Part shown: piece by piece, positions 30,791 through 41,485 of the stretch | Layout: each line of letters opens with the position of its first letter | How positions within the stretch are numbered: the first letter of the stretch is position 1 | Source of the DNA: an uncultured Verrucomicrobiae bacterium | Lineage (GTDB): Bacteria > Verrucomicrobiota > Verrucomicrobiia > Limisphaerales > Palsa-1400 | Direction of reading: 5' to 3' | DNA length: 64,000 bases | Assembly: GCA_963702845.1 (NCBI GenBank) | Contig: OY969763.1 | Location: forward strand, 5,792,001-5,856,000 | Notes under the pieces: generated by a model | What the model was told of the DNA's origin: nothing | Databases searched by the model: none | What the model saw: the letters and a program-made list of their open reading frames with translations, nothing else | Made by a program: the position numbers and the translations under genes

Positions 30791-32283
30791 ACCATTTCCC
30801 GAAACTTTCTGCCGCTGAAATCGCGAGCAACATCAAGAACGGCCAAACCGTCGCCTTCAGTGGATTCACCCCGGCCGGAGCCGCCAAAATCGTTCCAAAG
30901 GCAATCGCCGAACACGCCAAACAACTCCATGCTAAAGGCGAAGAGTTTCGGATCGGTGTCATGTCCGGCGCGTCCACAGGTCGATCTCTCGACGGCGCGT
31001 TAGCCCAGGCCGAAGCAGTTTTATTCCGCACGCCCTATCAATCCGACCCCGACCTTCGCAAAAGCATCAACGAAGGCAAAACCGCTTTCTTCGACATGCA
31101 CTTATCGATGATGCCGCAGGCCGTGCGCTATGGATTTCTTGGCCCGGTCCATTGGGCTGTGATCGAGGCGTGCGATGTTACCGATTCTGGCGAGATTACC
31201 TTAACTTCCTCCGTCGGCGCGAGTCCGACGTTTTGTCACAAGGCCGATAAAATCATCATCGAACTCAACCGCTTTCATCCCGAATCACTCCGCGGCTTCC
31301 ACGATATATTCGAACCAGAAGACCCACCCTTCCGAAATCCCATCCCGATTTTCCGGCCCTCTGACCGCATCGGCACGCCCACCGTCAGAGTGGATCCAAA
31401 AAAGATTTTTGCCGTCATTGAAAGCAACGCTGCCGACGAAGCCGGCTCCTTCGGTGAAATCTCACCCATCACACGCAAAATCGGCGAGAACGTCGCCGAC
31501 TTCCTCAGCGGTGAAATGCGACGCGGGCTGATTCCGAAATCCTTTCTCCCGATTCAATCCGGCGTCGGCGACACCGCGAACGCCGTGCTCGACGCTATGG
31601 GGCAGCATCCCGACATTCCATGCTTCGACATGTACACGGAAGTGATTCAGGACGCCGTCATCAAACTCATTAAACAAGAAAAATGCCGCTTTGCCAGCGG
31701 TTGTTCCTTGAGTGTTACCGCCCCGCTGCTCCGCGACATCTACGGCAACCTCGACGAATTCCGTTCCAAGCTCCTCTTGCGCCCGCAGGAAATCACCAAC
31801 AGCCCCGAGCTCGTTCGTCGTCTCGGCATCATTTCCATCAACACGGCCATCGAAGTCGACATCGCCGGCAACGTCAACAGCACGCACGTTCTCGGCAGTC
31901 GCATCATGAACGGCATCGGCGGTTCTGGCGATTTCGCCCGCAACGCCTTCATGTCTATTTTCACATGTCCCTCGACGGCGAAGGACGGAAAAATCAGCAC
32001 CATCGTCCCGCTCGTCAGTCATCTCGATCAAAGCGAACATTCCGTGCTTGCCATCGTCACCGACCAGGGCGTCGCCGATTTGCGCGGCAAAAGCCCGGCC
32101 GCTCGCGCCGAGGCGATCATCAACAACTGCGCCCATCCCGAGTACCGAAAAATTTTGCACGACTACGTCGCGCTGTCCGGCCACACCCATTCACCGCAAA
32201 CGCTCCGCGCGGCATTTGGCATGCACCTGGCCTTTCAAAAAAACAGCGACATGCGTCACGTCAACTGGGCCGAATTCACTTAA
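30787..32283 (+). CDS. scpC: Succinate:propionate/acetate CoA-transferase (acetyl-CoA hydrolase/transferase family)
   Basis: SGFTPAG, GASTG, R.PYQSD, QSGVG..AN, TEVIQD, LRPQEI.N, MNGIGGSGDF, VT.QG.ADLRG. Confidence 0.88.
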   Translation: MNHFPKLSAAEIASNIKNGQTVAFSGFTPAGAAKIVPKAIAEHAKQLHAKGEEFRIGVMSGASTGRSLDGALAQAEAVLFRTPYQSDPDLRKSINEGKTAFFDMHLSMMPQAVRYGFLGPVHWAVIEACDVTDSGEITLTSSVGASPTFCHKADKIIIELNRFHPESLRGFHDIFEPEDPPFRNPIPIFRPSDRIGTPTVRVDPKKIFAVIESNAADEAGSFGEISPITRKIGENVADFLSGEMRRGLIPKSFLPIQSGVGDTANAVLDAMGQHPDIPCFDMYTEVIQDAVIKLIKQEKCRFASGCSLSVTAPLLRDIYGNLDEFRSKLLLRPQEITNSPELVRRLGIISINTAIEVDIAGNVNSTHVLGSRIMNGIGGSGDFARNAFMSIFTCPSTAKDGKISTIVPLVSHLDQSEHSVLAIVTDQGVADLRGKSPAARAEAIINNCAHPEYRKILHDYVALSGHTHSPQTLRAAFGMHLAFQKNSDMRHVNWAEFT

Positions 32284-32333
32284 CCAGCGGAGTTGCCAAA
32301 AAACAAAATAGGAACTAGTTTGCGCCAAATCTT

Positions 32334-32954
32334 ATGAGTGGGCGAAAGTTGGATCTGGACCGTATGAACTTACCTTCCGTCATCCTGGCTTCTGGCTCGC
32401 CTCGCCGTTCTGAGTTGCTCCGTCAACTCGGTGTTGAATTCGAAGTCATGCCCAGCGCCGCGCCCGAAAGCGAATCCGAACATCTCTCGCCTGGCGAACT
32501 CTGCTCCCTTAACGCCTACCGCAAGGCACGCGTCGTTTCGAAACATCATCCCGATGCGCTCGTCATCGGCATGGACACCGTCGTCGCGCTTGATTCAAAA
32601 GTTCTCGGAAAACCGCACGACATGGACGAGGCATTTTCAATGATGCGCGCGTTACAAGGACAGACCCATCGCGTGCTGACCGGCGTCTGTTTGATTCACC
32701 TGCGCTCGCACAAACAAAAGATTTTCGCCGAGCAAACTGTCGTGACATTCCGTTCCTTGAACGACGATCAGATTCGAGAATACTACCGGCACGTCAACCC
32801 GCTCGACAAAGCCGGCGCTTATGCCATCCAGGAAAGCGGCGACCAAATCGTTGCGCACGTGAAGGGCTCGTTCACCAATGTCGTCGGGTTGCCGATGGAA
32901 CGATTACAGACCGAACTGACTGAGTTCGAATCCGTGGTCCGGCTTCACGCCTGA
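32334..32954 (+). CDS. maf: Maf-family nucleoside triphosphate pyrophosphatase
   Basis: ILASGSPRR, DTVV, LGKP, DKAGAYAIQ, NVVGLP. Confidence 0.93.
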   Translation: MSGRKLDLDRMNLPSVILASGSPRRSELLRQLGVEFEVMPSAAPESESEHLSPGELCSLNAYRKARVVSKHHPDALVIGMDTVVALDSKVLGKPHDMDEAFSMMRALQGQTHRVLTGVCLIHLRSHKQKIFAEQTVVTFRSLNDDQIREYYRHVNPLDKAGAYAIQESGDQIVAHVKGSFTNVVGLPMERLQTELTEFESVVRLHA

Positions 32955-32958
32955 ATCG

Positions 32959-32982
32959 GTAGCCGCCGCCGTGAGGAGGCGG
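32959..32982. repeat. GTAG-type REP-like hairpin between convergent genes
   Basis: gtagccgccgccgtgaggaggcgg: GTAG tail followed by an imperfect stem. Confidence 0.5.
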
Positions 32983-32989
32983 ACACTCT

Positions 32990-33922
32990 CTATTTGTCGC
33001 AGTGCTTCCCACCAAGCGGGAAACTGACATAAACGCCGTATCTATCTTTATCACCCGTGTTGCGGCCGTCAAAATTTCCCTGATAGTAAAACTGCCAATG
33101 CCAGTCACGTTTGTCGGTGTAACCGACACCCGCCTCGATCTGGTCGTTTACTTCCTTGTCAAAGGAGGAGTAGTCGATTCGATTTCCAGTGACGCTACTG
33201 GTGCCTGAAGATGTGGCGTCGGGGCCCGAGGTGTTTTGCTGATGGCGATAGCCTGCGCTCAGTGTGGCGCCACGGAAACTCTGATTCAAACCCACAGTGC
33301 CGAAAAACTGACTGTTAGCGCCACTTTCGATACTCCGGTATCCGCCTGTCGCATATCCCGCCAAGCCTGGCCAACCGAAACTTTTCTGCAACATCCCGGC
33401 GATCTCTAGACCGACACCTCCGTTACCCGGAGCAAATGGGAAACTCTTTTGATAGCTGCCCCGGTATATTCCGCCGGCGCGCAGCGTGAAAGTCGGTGTC
33501 CACCAGTTCTTGGGGTGAAGTTCATTCCAGAGCTGGTAACGAACGCCGAAAGTCGTATCCATCAACCCGCGCGTGTGCCGAACTGAACCGGGCGGGTCGG
33601 TGTATGCGCGCGTCGCCAAATCAGTGAACCCAAACATCAAATCAGCCGCCCAATCCTTCCGAAATCCATATTCAGTGAGCACCGCAAAATCGTTCTGATC
33701 AAAACCATGATCGTCGGGGAAAGTGATATTCTGTTTGCTTTTACCGACCCAAACATTTTGGAATCCGGTGTATTGATAAAGCGGCGTGAGGATCCATTGA
33801 TGATCAGATGGGATAAGAGCCTCCTGGCCGAACGGTTTCTTGGGCAGATCTTCCGCGGCATGTCCCGGCAAGGTCAACCCGTAACAAATTGAAGCAGTAA
33901 CTAAAATTCTGAGTGTCTTCAC
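32990..33922 (-). CDS. Probable outer-membrane beta-barrel protein
   Basis: Signal peptide; alternating aromatic/Gly strands (D..FGVRYQL, GLEIAG, YGVYVSF). Confidence 0.55.
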   Translation of the reverse strand: MKTLRILVTASICYGLTLPGHAAEDLPKKPFGQEALIPSDHQWILTPLYQYTGFQNVWVGKSKQNITFPDDHGFDQNDFAVLTEYGFRKDWAADLMFGFTDLATRAYTDPPGSVRHTRGLMDTTFGVRYQLWNELHPKNWWTPTFTLRAGGIYRGSYQKSFPFAPGNGGVGLEIAGMLQKSFGWPGLAGYATGGYRSIESGANSQFFGTVGLNQSFRGATLSAGYRHQQNTSGPDATSSGTSSVTGNRIDYSSFDKEVNDQIEAGVGYTDKRDWHWQFYYQGNFDGRNTGDKDRYGVYVSFPLGGKHCDK

Positions 33923-33993
33923 AGTCGTTTGCGATTTTACAACTCGCGTGCTGTCAGTTAAATACTCCTCAGCTCGGAAGTCATCAGGAAAAG

Positions 33994-36265
33994 TTAGTAA
34001 GTTAGGGTAATGGCAAACAATCCCGAGTAGAGAACCGTATCGAGTCGCCCGCGACTCCCCGTGTCGAATCCGGGAATCGGATCGGTATTCGACCGGTAAA
34101 TATCGCGATAGCCTCGACCGGGAACCAGAAGGCCGATGCCCGTGGAGATAATGACGTTGTCAGTCAGCAACGGCCGATATTGAAACCCGGTGCTGATGTC
34201 GTAGCCAAACTCCGCTCCAACTTTATCCGTCAGTAAAACAGTTTTCAGGGGATCGGTTTCGGCGAACCGGATGTAATTAAAGTTAATAAAATTTCTAAGC
34301 TTCGGCGTGACATCCATCTCCGCGCCCAGTCCATAGATGAACACGCCGGGATTGACGAAATTTGCCTGCCCCTCGGTTTTGCTCGTGCGAAGGTCGGGCA
34401 ATAAACTGTTCCGCTGCTTCAGCCCGACCGACGTTCCCGCCAAATTAAATCCTTGCCGCCCATACCAGCTAAACGGACCGCCGCTAAAATGTGGATTATC
34501 CACAATGCTGTCGAAGCCAGTGGCCCTGCCGTCCTCCGCATGGCCATCGCCGGACGCATAAAAGAACGAACCTTTGTAACGAATCCAATCGCGATCGTAC
34601 GAAATCTCCAAAGCCCCCATCTGCGCGTTGATGTCAGCAGGTTGCCCCGCGATGCCGTTAAACGAATCGTGCCCGAACACTTCGTAAAACGCATGATTTA
34701 CGTTCCAACGACCTATATGTCCATCGCCCGCCCATCCGAGGTAATACGCGTTCACATCATGTTCAACCACCGTCCCAATCGGCTCCGGTCGCGTGATATT
34801 GCCATTGCGATCGTAGTGCGTCCGTCCCTGGTCGAGGTTCGCGTGGAAACTGAACTCCGCCGTGTAACCCTTCACAAAAAAATCCTGCTTGTAAGCGTTC
34901 AAAATGAACACCTGTTGGTCGCGCTCATCCGGTTTATTCAACTCCGAGTTCGTGTCCTTCTCGCGCATGTCGAAAGCGATCACGTTATATTGCCAAAGAT
35001 TATCCGCGTAATTTCCGAACACTCGCGCAGCGGTATTGATGTCGTTAAAAATGAACCCACGAAAATCGCTGTTGAACGGTTGGTTGCCCAATCGAAACGC
35101 CCAGAAATCGTAATTGTCCGATAAATCGCCCAGGTGCAATTCGCCGAACGCCTGCTGTAGCGGCGAAAAATAATCCGAGAACCGCGTCGTGCCGCGGGCC
35201 GGATTTGGATTGATAACCGTCGTCTCATACAGGTCCACATAGTTGAAGTTGTAAACCGGTTGCATAAATAACGTCCAGTGCGCCGGCTGAAAAACCGTTT
35301 CACCTTTGAACAACTCGGCTGAGAACGAAAAATATTGCTGCACCAACGTCTGCTCGCTGTTGCCAAAAAATTCCGCGCTGAACGGCTGCGACGAACTGAT
35401 CCCGCTTGGCGTCGGCAACGCCCTCTCTTCGACCAACGTTTCCGTGCTCGCCGTCAGATTCAAAAAAATGTCCTGTCCGATGATTGGCAAATCTCCTTTT
35501 AAAATACTTTGCCGATACGGCCGCCACATCGCCGGTTCAGGGTTGAGGTAAGGCGTCTCCGCATCGCCTGTTACATAACGTCGCCACGGCGCGAACGGAA
35601 TTTTCCACCGATTCGTCATCGCTTCGGTATTCGGCGGATAGCCGTGTCCCACATATTCCGGCGTCTCCCATTTCCACGGAATACGTTGATTCAGTCGCGT
35701 GGGCGATCGCGGCAACTTCAAATTTTCCGGAACCGGCTCGTGCCCATAATTCCCCTGTGGGACAGGTTGTGTCGGCACAATTTCACTACTCTCAAGATTC
35801 TCCCGCGGCAATTGCATCGGTTTCTCGATCGGTTGCCCTTGATACTCCGGCAGCACTCCAAAATTCGTTTTGTAAAACGGTTCTGCATTTGGCGTGGCAA
35901 TGCCACCGCCCGGATCAGGATTAAATTGTGACGGCGGCGCCTCAGGTCGACTGCGATCCAAATGAATCGCCGCTGATATCGCGGCTCATCCTCCGCCTGA
36001 CTCGGCGAAGGTAGTTGCCGGCCCGTATCCGGATTAAACTTCGCGGCGCAAGCGGCGGTTGATTCGTGCTCACCGTCTGATGCGGCTTCGCCACATCTGG
36101 TGGTGGATTGGTTTGTGCAATCGCGCTTACCAAAGCCAAAGCCGTAACAATCAATATTTGTAGGAGACGAGGTAACGAGGCTCTAACTTTATTAGGCTTG
36201 CACCCTTTGACACACGTCCTCAGGTCTCCTGTGGTTTGGTTGTTTACGTCGGCGGTGGAGTGCAA
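33994..36265 (-). CDS. Large probable outer-membrane beta-barrel protein; N-terminus broken by about two indels at 35960-36045, start uncertain
   Basis: 655-aa ORF with amphipathic strands ending AITLTY (terminal aromatic). The upstream ORF 35942-36265 supplies a signal peptide (ILIVTALALVSAIAQ), and KFNPDTGRQLP... is readable in a third frame between them. Confidence 0.65.
36160..36190. repeat. REP-like element (same family as the outer element in lnt)
   Basis: gtaggagacgaggtaacgaggctctaacttt, compared with 780-792 plus 823-840. Confidence 0.65.
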
Positions 36266-36297
36266 TTTCCTAGTCGGATTACCAAATCATTCCTAAC

Positions 36298-37863
36298 ATG
36301 GCGAGCGTGAAACGACTCGCGTGCCTTCTATTTGTCTGCGTCTTCGCGCTTCGAGTAAGCGCTCAACTCACCGCCAGCGACGTCACCAACATCCTTGCTC
36401 GCGCCGTCACGCGCGCCAGCGCCATTTCTTCTAACAGCGTCATCACCATCACCGTGATGGATCGCGAAGGTTGGGTGCTCGGCTTGTGGAGCGTCAATGG
36501 ATTGAGCCCGGCAGCCGATGTCGTCGGTAATGCCATTTCCAAAGCCGGCACCGCCGCTTTCCTCAGCAGCAAACAAAACGCCTTCAGCTCACGTTCCGCC
36601 GGTTTCATCATCCAGCAACATTTCCCGCCGCCAGTAAACAACAAACCGCCCGGCCCGCTCGTCGGCGTGGAATTCTCCAACCTGCCATTCTCCGACATCA
36701 ACAAGTTCAAAGCGCCCGGCAGCACCATCACATTCGGTTCCTCACCTGGCAACAGCATCGTCCCGATTCCATTCACCTCTCTCGCTGGTGTTCCCGGCGG
36801 CTTGCCGCTCTACAAAAGCAACATCCTGGTCGGCGCGATTGGTGTCGCCAACGCCCCCGCCGCATTTCGACACGAATCAAAGACGGCAGCATCCGCTGTG
36901 GTTATCCCGACCTTCCTGCCAAATCTCTATGCCTACAATCGCGATGAAGATATCGCATTCGCTGGTCAACCGGCTTTGCTCCGCGCGCAGAAATCTTCGG
37001 CTCGAAGCGTGTTCATCGACGGCATTCGCGTCCCTTACGTGAATAGCGGAACCAAACTCGCACCTTCTGTTCCGCTCGGCACCATTGGTGCGCAGTAGTC
37101 GCGCCATATAACATCATCGGAGCACCAACACCATTTCCATATCCAATCGTCACTATCGGAAACGTCACCAGCGAACTGCGCCAGCCAATCATCGGCGACC
37201 CCATTCCCGGAACAATCGATGGCCAACCTCGCCTGACCGCCACCGAAGTCACCAACATCCTCGCGCACGCCGCCACCCGCTCCGTATCACACTCGCGCCG
37301 GCATTCGTCTGCCGCGCGGATCGTCCGCGCCGTGTTCATCACCGTCGTCAACAATCCCAACGACCCCACTCAAGCCCCAACCGTCCTTGGAACCATTCCG
37401 GACTCCCGATGCAACCATGTTCAGTTGGGACGTCGCCATCCAAAAAGCCCGCACCGTCATCTACTACTCCACGCGAACCAATCTTTTCTCGCAGACCATC
37501 GCCTATTCCACTCGCGCCGTCGGCTTCCTCGCCCAAAGCCTGTACCCGCCGGGAATCATCCGCACCTCACCCGGCCCGTTCTATTGTGATCAGGAAAGAT
37601 TCTCCGGACTGCTTCCGGACGTGTCACTGGAACCGAGCTTGCCCAATGGAATTACAATATTTCCCGGCGGTTTTCCGCTCTATCGCAACGGCGTCTTGAT
37701 AGGAGCAATCGGCGTGAGCGGCGACGGCGTGGACCAGGACGACCTCATCAGTGCCGCCGGCGATTCCTTATTTCCAGCCGCCTCCAATCTCCGCGCCGAC
37801 CACTTCACCTTCCGCGGCACCCGTCTGCCCTACGCAAAATTCCCCCGCAACCCAGCGCTTTGA
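36298..37863 (+). CDS. Secreted tandem GlcG/HbpS-type heme-binding protein, multiply frameshifted
   Basis: Signal peptide; two copies of LT..(D/E)VTNILA.A...KA.T...GG.PLY(K/R)...GAIGV...D.D.I. Pieces lie in ORFs 36298-37098, 37332-37589 and 37387-37863, with readable sequence in shifted frames between them. Confidence 0.75.
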
Positions 37864-37892
37864 TTGGATGTTGGACGTTCGCGTTTTGAGTT

Positions 37893-39657
37893 TTAGTCCT
37901 TGCGCCTCTGCTTCTTTGCGCCTTTGCGTTGAATAATCCCCCAGCTACTTCCTCCCGCCGTCACCCACTGCCCCTTGGCATGATAGCTATGACACGTCGC
38001 GCAAGTATCCGGCGCACCACCGGCTCTTGTGTGACAAGTCGCACAAGTATGTTTTCCCGGCAGATTGATATCCGCCGTATCGCGACTATGCGCAACATCA
38101 TGGCACTGTTCACACGCCACATTCAAATGCTTCGAATGATCAAAGTTCCCGCGAATAAACCAGCGATCTGGAATAACCGGCTTCGTCACCACCGGCACCT
38201 GTTCACCACTTGCCGTCATCTGGTGACAACGCGCGCAGCCCGCAAACTTCACCGGGGCCGCATCTCCCGTTCCGCCGACATTCGCAGACGGTCCCGATTT
38301 TTCCGTGCTAAAAAACACCGTCCGCTCCAGATCTTCACCCGATTGCATCTGCTCACGAATCCGCCGCATCTGCTCCGAAACAAACTTATCCAAACCGTCA
38401 CCGGTGATCCCGCGGCGTAATCCAAGCTCCGTATATTGCGCCGGTAAACTCCGCAAAAACGCGCGCACCGCCGCCGGATTGCCATGCGGCAACGTCAGGT
38501 CAGCATTGTGTGAATCAAACTGTCAGCGAGTGACACGCCTTGCAATCCGCATCGAACGAAATCTTTTGGTAATACGTCCCGGGAGCATCCGGCTTATGAC
38601 AATAGCTGCAGTCGAGTTGTTTCCCGTGCAGTCGAATATCACTCTGGAAATGCCGTTGATGATTAAACCGCAACGTGTCGTTCTCCTTCAAGTTCTGCGC
38701 GTGAACTTCGAAATCCGGATGATCCGCAAACGAATGAAACACTTCGGTATAGCCGCGCTCCGGTCGCGGTTCCTTGAACAAAACCCGCCCAAGGTCCGCC
38801 CGATAATCAAACGCGCTCGCCGCCAAAGTCTTTCCCTTTTCAACCGCCGCCTGCATGACGCCCGCATTGCCGTGGCACGAGATACAATTCGCATCATCCG
38901 GCTCCAGCATACGCCCACTCCCCTGGTGCTCGCGATGACATGCCGAGCACGAATGATCGCGAACAACATTCGGTTGGTGAAAATTGTGCTGCGTGTGGCA
39001 AACCTGGCACGAAGCATCGATCCGCTTCATCTTCGTTTTCGAAACGTGCATCAACTCGTGGAATTCAAATGGCCCCGGCTCCGCTGTCATCGCCGCCGAA
39101 ATCCATTGCGACGGTCCTTGCGCCGCCGCGTTATGACACGCCGCGCATGTCGGTTCATTGGCCGGCCCAAACTTCCACGAGTTACGCTTAAACGTTTTCT
39201 GCCCAGCTAAACTCTCACGCATAAACGACATGCCCGCGTGTTGAGCCGAAAGCGCCCCCGGCGAAATAAACTTGAACGTAAACCGTCCGCACAACGCCAA
39301 TAACAATCCGCCAATCGTCGCAGCCACAAAACAGACCGTCACCACCCCGCGTTTTCCGCGCAGACTTCGAACCGGCGCACATTTTGGAACCGGCCGACCG
39401 CACGTTCCATCAGGCAACGGCCCGTTCTCGCAAGGCCCGCCGTGTTCCTTCGGTCGCGTGCAGCGATAACGTCCTTTAGTTTCACCCGGCTTGGTTTCCA
39501 GCGCCGGCTTGCACTCAAACGTCGCCCGACACCTCCCGCTCGCACTCGGCCCAATCCGACACGGCGTCCCCTCGCAAGCTCGGCCGCAAATCCAATTCTG
39601 ATTCGGCCGATCATAATCGCGTCCACTGGAATCTGGTGATGGCAACTGCTCGCTCAC
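37893..39657 (-). CDS. Membrane-anchored multiheme cytochrome c (10 CxxCH), +1 frameshift near 38523
   Basis: CAACH, CQVCH, CSACH, CISCH, CSYCH, CKACH | CARCH, CEQCH, CATCH, CATCH; FNH..H and FDH..H distal ligands. Removing one A gives CKACHSLQFDSHNADLTLPHG. The GTG start overlaps the upstream stop (GTGA). Confidence 0.85.
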
Positions 39658-40475
39658 CGCGCCCCTCCCGAAAATGCATACACCAACACGATGTGAACCA
39701 ACGAAAAAATCAACAACCCATACGTCAGGGGAATATGCGCAAACAACCATGCCTTCAACGTGAACTGCAGCGAATAGTGATAATCCAGCCCGTCCTTCTG
39801 TCGTACCAGTTCAGCGATTTGGTCCATCACCGTTCTCTCCTTCTCGTTTAAAAACCGGTTCAAGTCCGAAATCTGATAAATCCGTCGTTGCAGCGGGCTT
39901 TGGATTTCGAACAAGTGCTTCAACCCGTTCTGCGGCTCGCGAAAAAACGAATCGAGATGTTTGATATAAAAATCCGCGATCGTCGTCGACTTGCCTTCCG
40001 GAACGGATTTCAGCGCGAGATCCTCCGCTCGTTGATGAATTGACCGCCGGATCGCCGGGATGCGATCAAACAACACCTCACCGCCGCGAGTCGTCATCCG
40101 TTTCGGTATCGCCCGCGAAACAAACCATCCAAACACACCGCTGACCGTCACCCCGACGTAAAAGCTCGCAAGAATCCAATCAAAGCATCCCCTCGGCAGA
40201 CGAAACGCGATGTGAACACCGAACAGCACCACGGTGAGCAGCCCAAGATATATGTGCAACTGCAGCCACGCCTCCGACGATCCCAGCGGCAGGAACGGCA
40301 GTTTCTTGCGCGCGTTGTAAAAAGTGAGGATCAACATGAACCCAAACAACAACCACCCGGAAATCAACGGCAGCCCCGGCACCCGGTCCCGAAACATCAC
40401 ATACCCACCAATCAACGCCACCGACCCCACAATGAAGAAAAACAGCCCGGCGGCTCGTTGGTTGGCGAAGGTCAT
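39654..40475 (-). CDS. Integral membrane protein with His in TM helices (ferric-reductase / cytochrome b-like)
   Basis: WLQLHIYLG, GVH, WLFAHIPL and LVHI motifs; coupled to the multiheme cytochrome gene. Confidence 0.6.
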   Translation of the reverse strand: MTFANQRAAGLFFFIVGSVALIGGYVMFRDRVPGLPLISGWLLFGFMLILTFYNARKKLPFLPLGSSEAWLQLHIYLGLLTVVLFGVHIAFRLPRGCFDWILASFYVGVTVSGVFGWFVSRAIPKRMTTRGGEVLFDRIPAIRRSIHQRAEDLALKSVPEGKSTTIADFYIKHLDSFFREPQNGLKHLFEIQSPLQRRIYQISDLNRFLNEKERTVMDQIAELVRQKDGLDYHYSLQFTLKAWLFAHIPLTYGLLIFSLVHIVLVYAFSGGAR

Positions 40476-40606
40476 TGCCACTTGTTATAGGCACAAAACT
40501 CACATGCGAGGCAAGCCGTTTGCTCTTTGTTCTTTTCTCGGTCTTGAATTTCCGATTTCGGAAAAAGATTGGCGTTCGCAACTTCTTTCCCCATATTCGG
40601 CCACCA

Positions 40607-41485
40607 ATGAAGTCGATGACCGGATATGGGCGCGGCGAGTGCGCTCAAGCCGGATTCAAAATTACCGTTGAGGTCAGCTCCGTTAACCGCAAGCAAAGTG
40701 AAATTGCGGTGAATCTTCCGCGTGAACTTGAGCTGCTCGAAGCCCAGATCCGCGATGCCGTCAACGAACGCGTTGCCCGCGGTCGTGTCACGGTTCGCGT
40801 GGCCGTTCACGCCGCCGAAGCTGGCACCGCCAAATTAAAAATCGACACTGCCCTCGCCAAAGCGCACACCAAAGAACTTAAAAAACTCGCCAAGACTCTC
40901 GACATTCCCGACGCCATTTCCCTCGACCTCCTCCTGCGCATTCCTGGCGTCTTGCAATCGAGCGACGGCGCTCTCGAGGCGAGCCAACTCTGGCCCGTCG
41001 TTCAAAAAGCCACCAGTGGCGCGCTCGATACCCTCGTCTCGATGCGCGAAAAAGAAGGCAAACATCTCGCCAAAGATTTGCAACAACGCATCACGCTCAT
41101 GCGCGACGCTGTCGCCCGCGTGCAAAAGCAAGCGCCGCAAGTCGCCGAGCGTTATCGCCAGCAACTCATCGAACGCATTAAAGCCGCCGGCCTTGAGGTG
41201 CCCGGTTTGGAAGACGAGCGCCTCATCAAAGAAGTCTTCTACTTCGCCGACCGCATCGACATCACCGAAGAGCTCACTCGTTTACAAAGCCACTTCAAAC
41301 AATTCGACGATTGCGTGAAAAAGGCCGAACCCATCGGACGCACTCTGGACTTTCTGGCGCAGGAGATGAATCGTGAAATTAACACGCTCGGCGCGAAGGC
41401 GAACGACAGTATCATTTCGCGCGAAGTGGTCACTTTGAAATCCGAATTGGAACGATTTCGCGAACAAGTGCAGAATGTAGAATGA
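40607..41485 (+). CDS. yicC: YicC/YloC-family endoribonuclease
   Basis: MKSMTGYG, SVNRK, RGRV, DITEE..RL.SH, GRTLDFL.QEMNRE.NT.G.K, REQVQNVE. Confidence 0.93.
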   Translation: MKSMTGYGRGECAQAGFKITVEVSSVNRKQSEIAVNLPRELELLEAQIRDAVNERVARGRVTVRVAVHAAEAGTAKLKIDTALAKAHTKELKKLAKTLDIPDAISLDLLLRIPGVLQSSDGALEASQLWPVVQKATSGALDTLVSMREKEGKHLAKDLQQRITLMRDAVARVQKQAPQVAERYRQQLIERIKAAGLEVPGLEDERLIKEVFYFADRIDITEELTRLQSHFKQFDDCVKKAEPIGRTLDFLAQEMNREINTLGAKANDSIISREVVTLKSELERFREQVQNVE

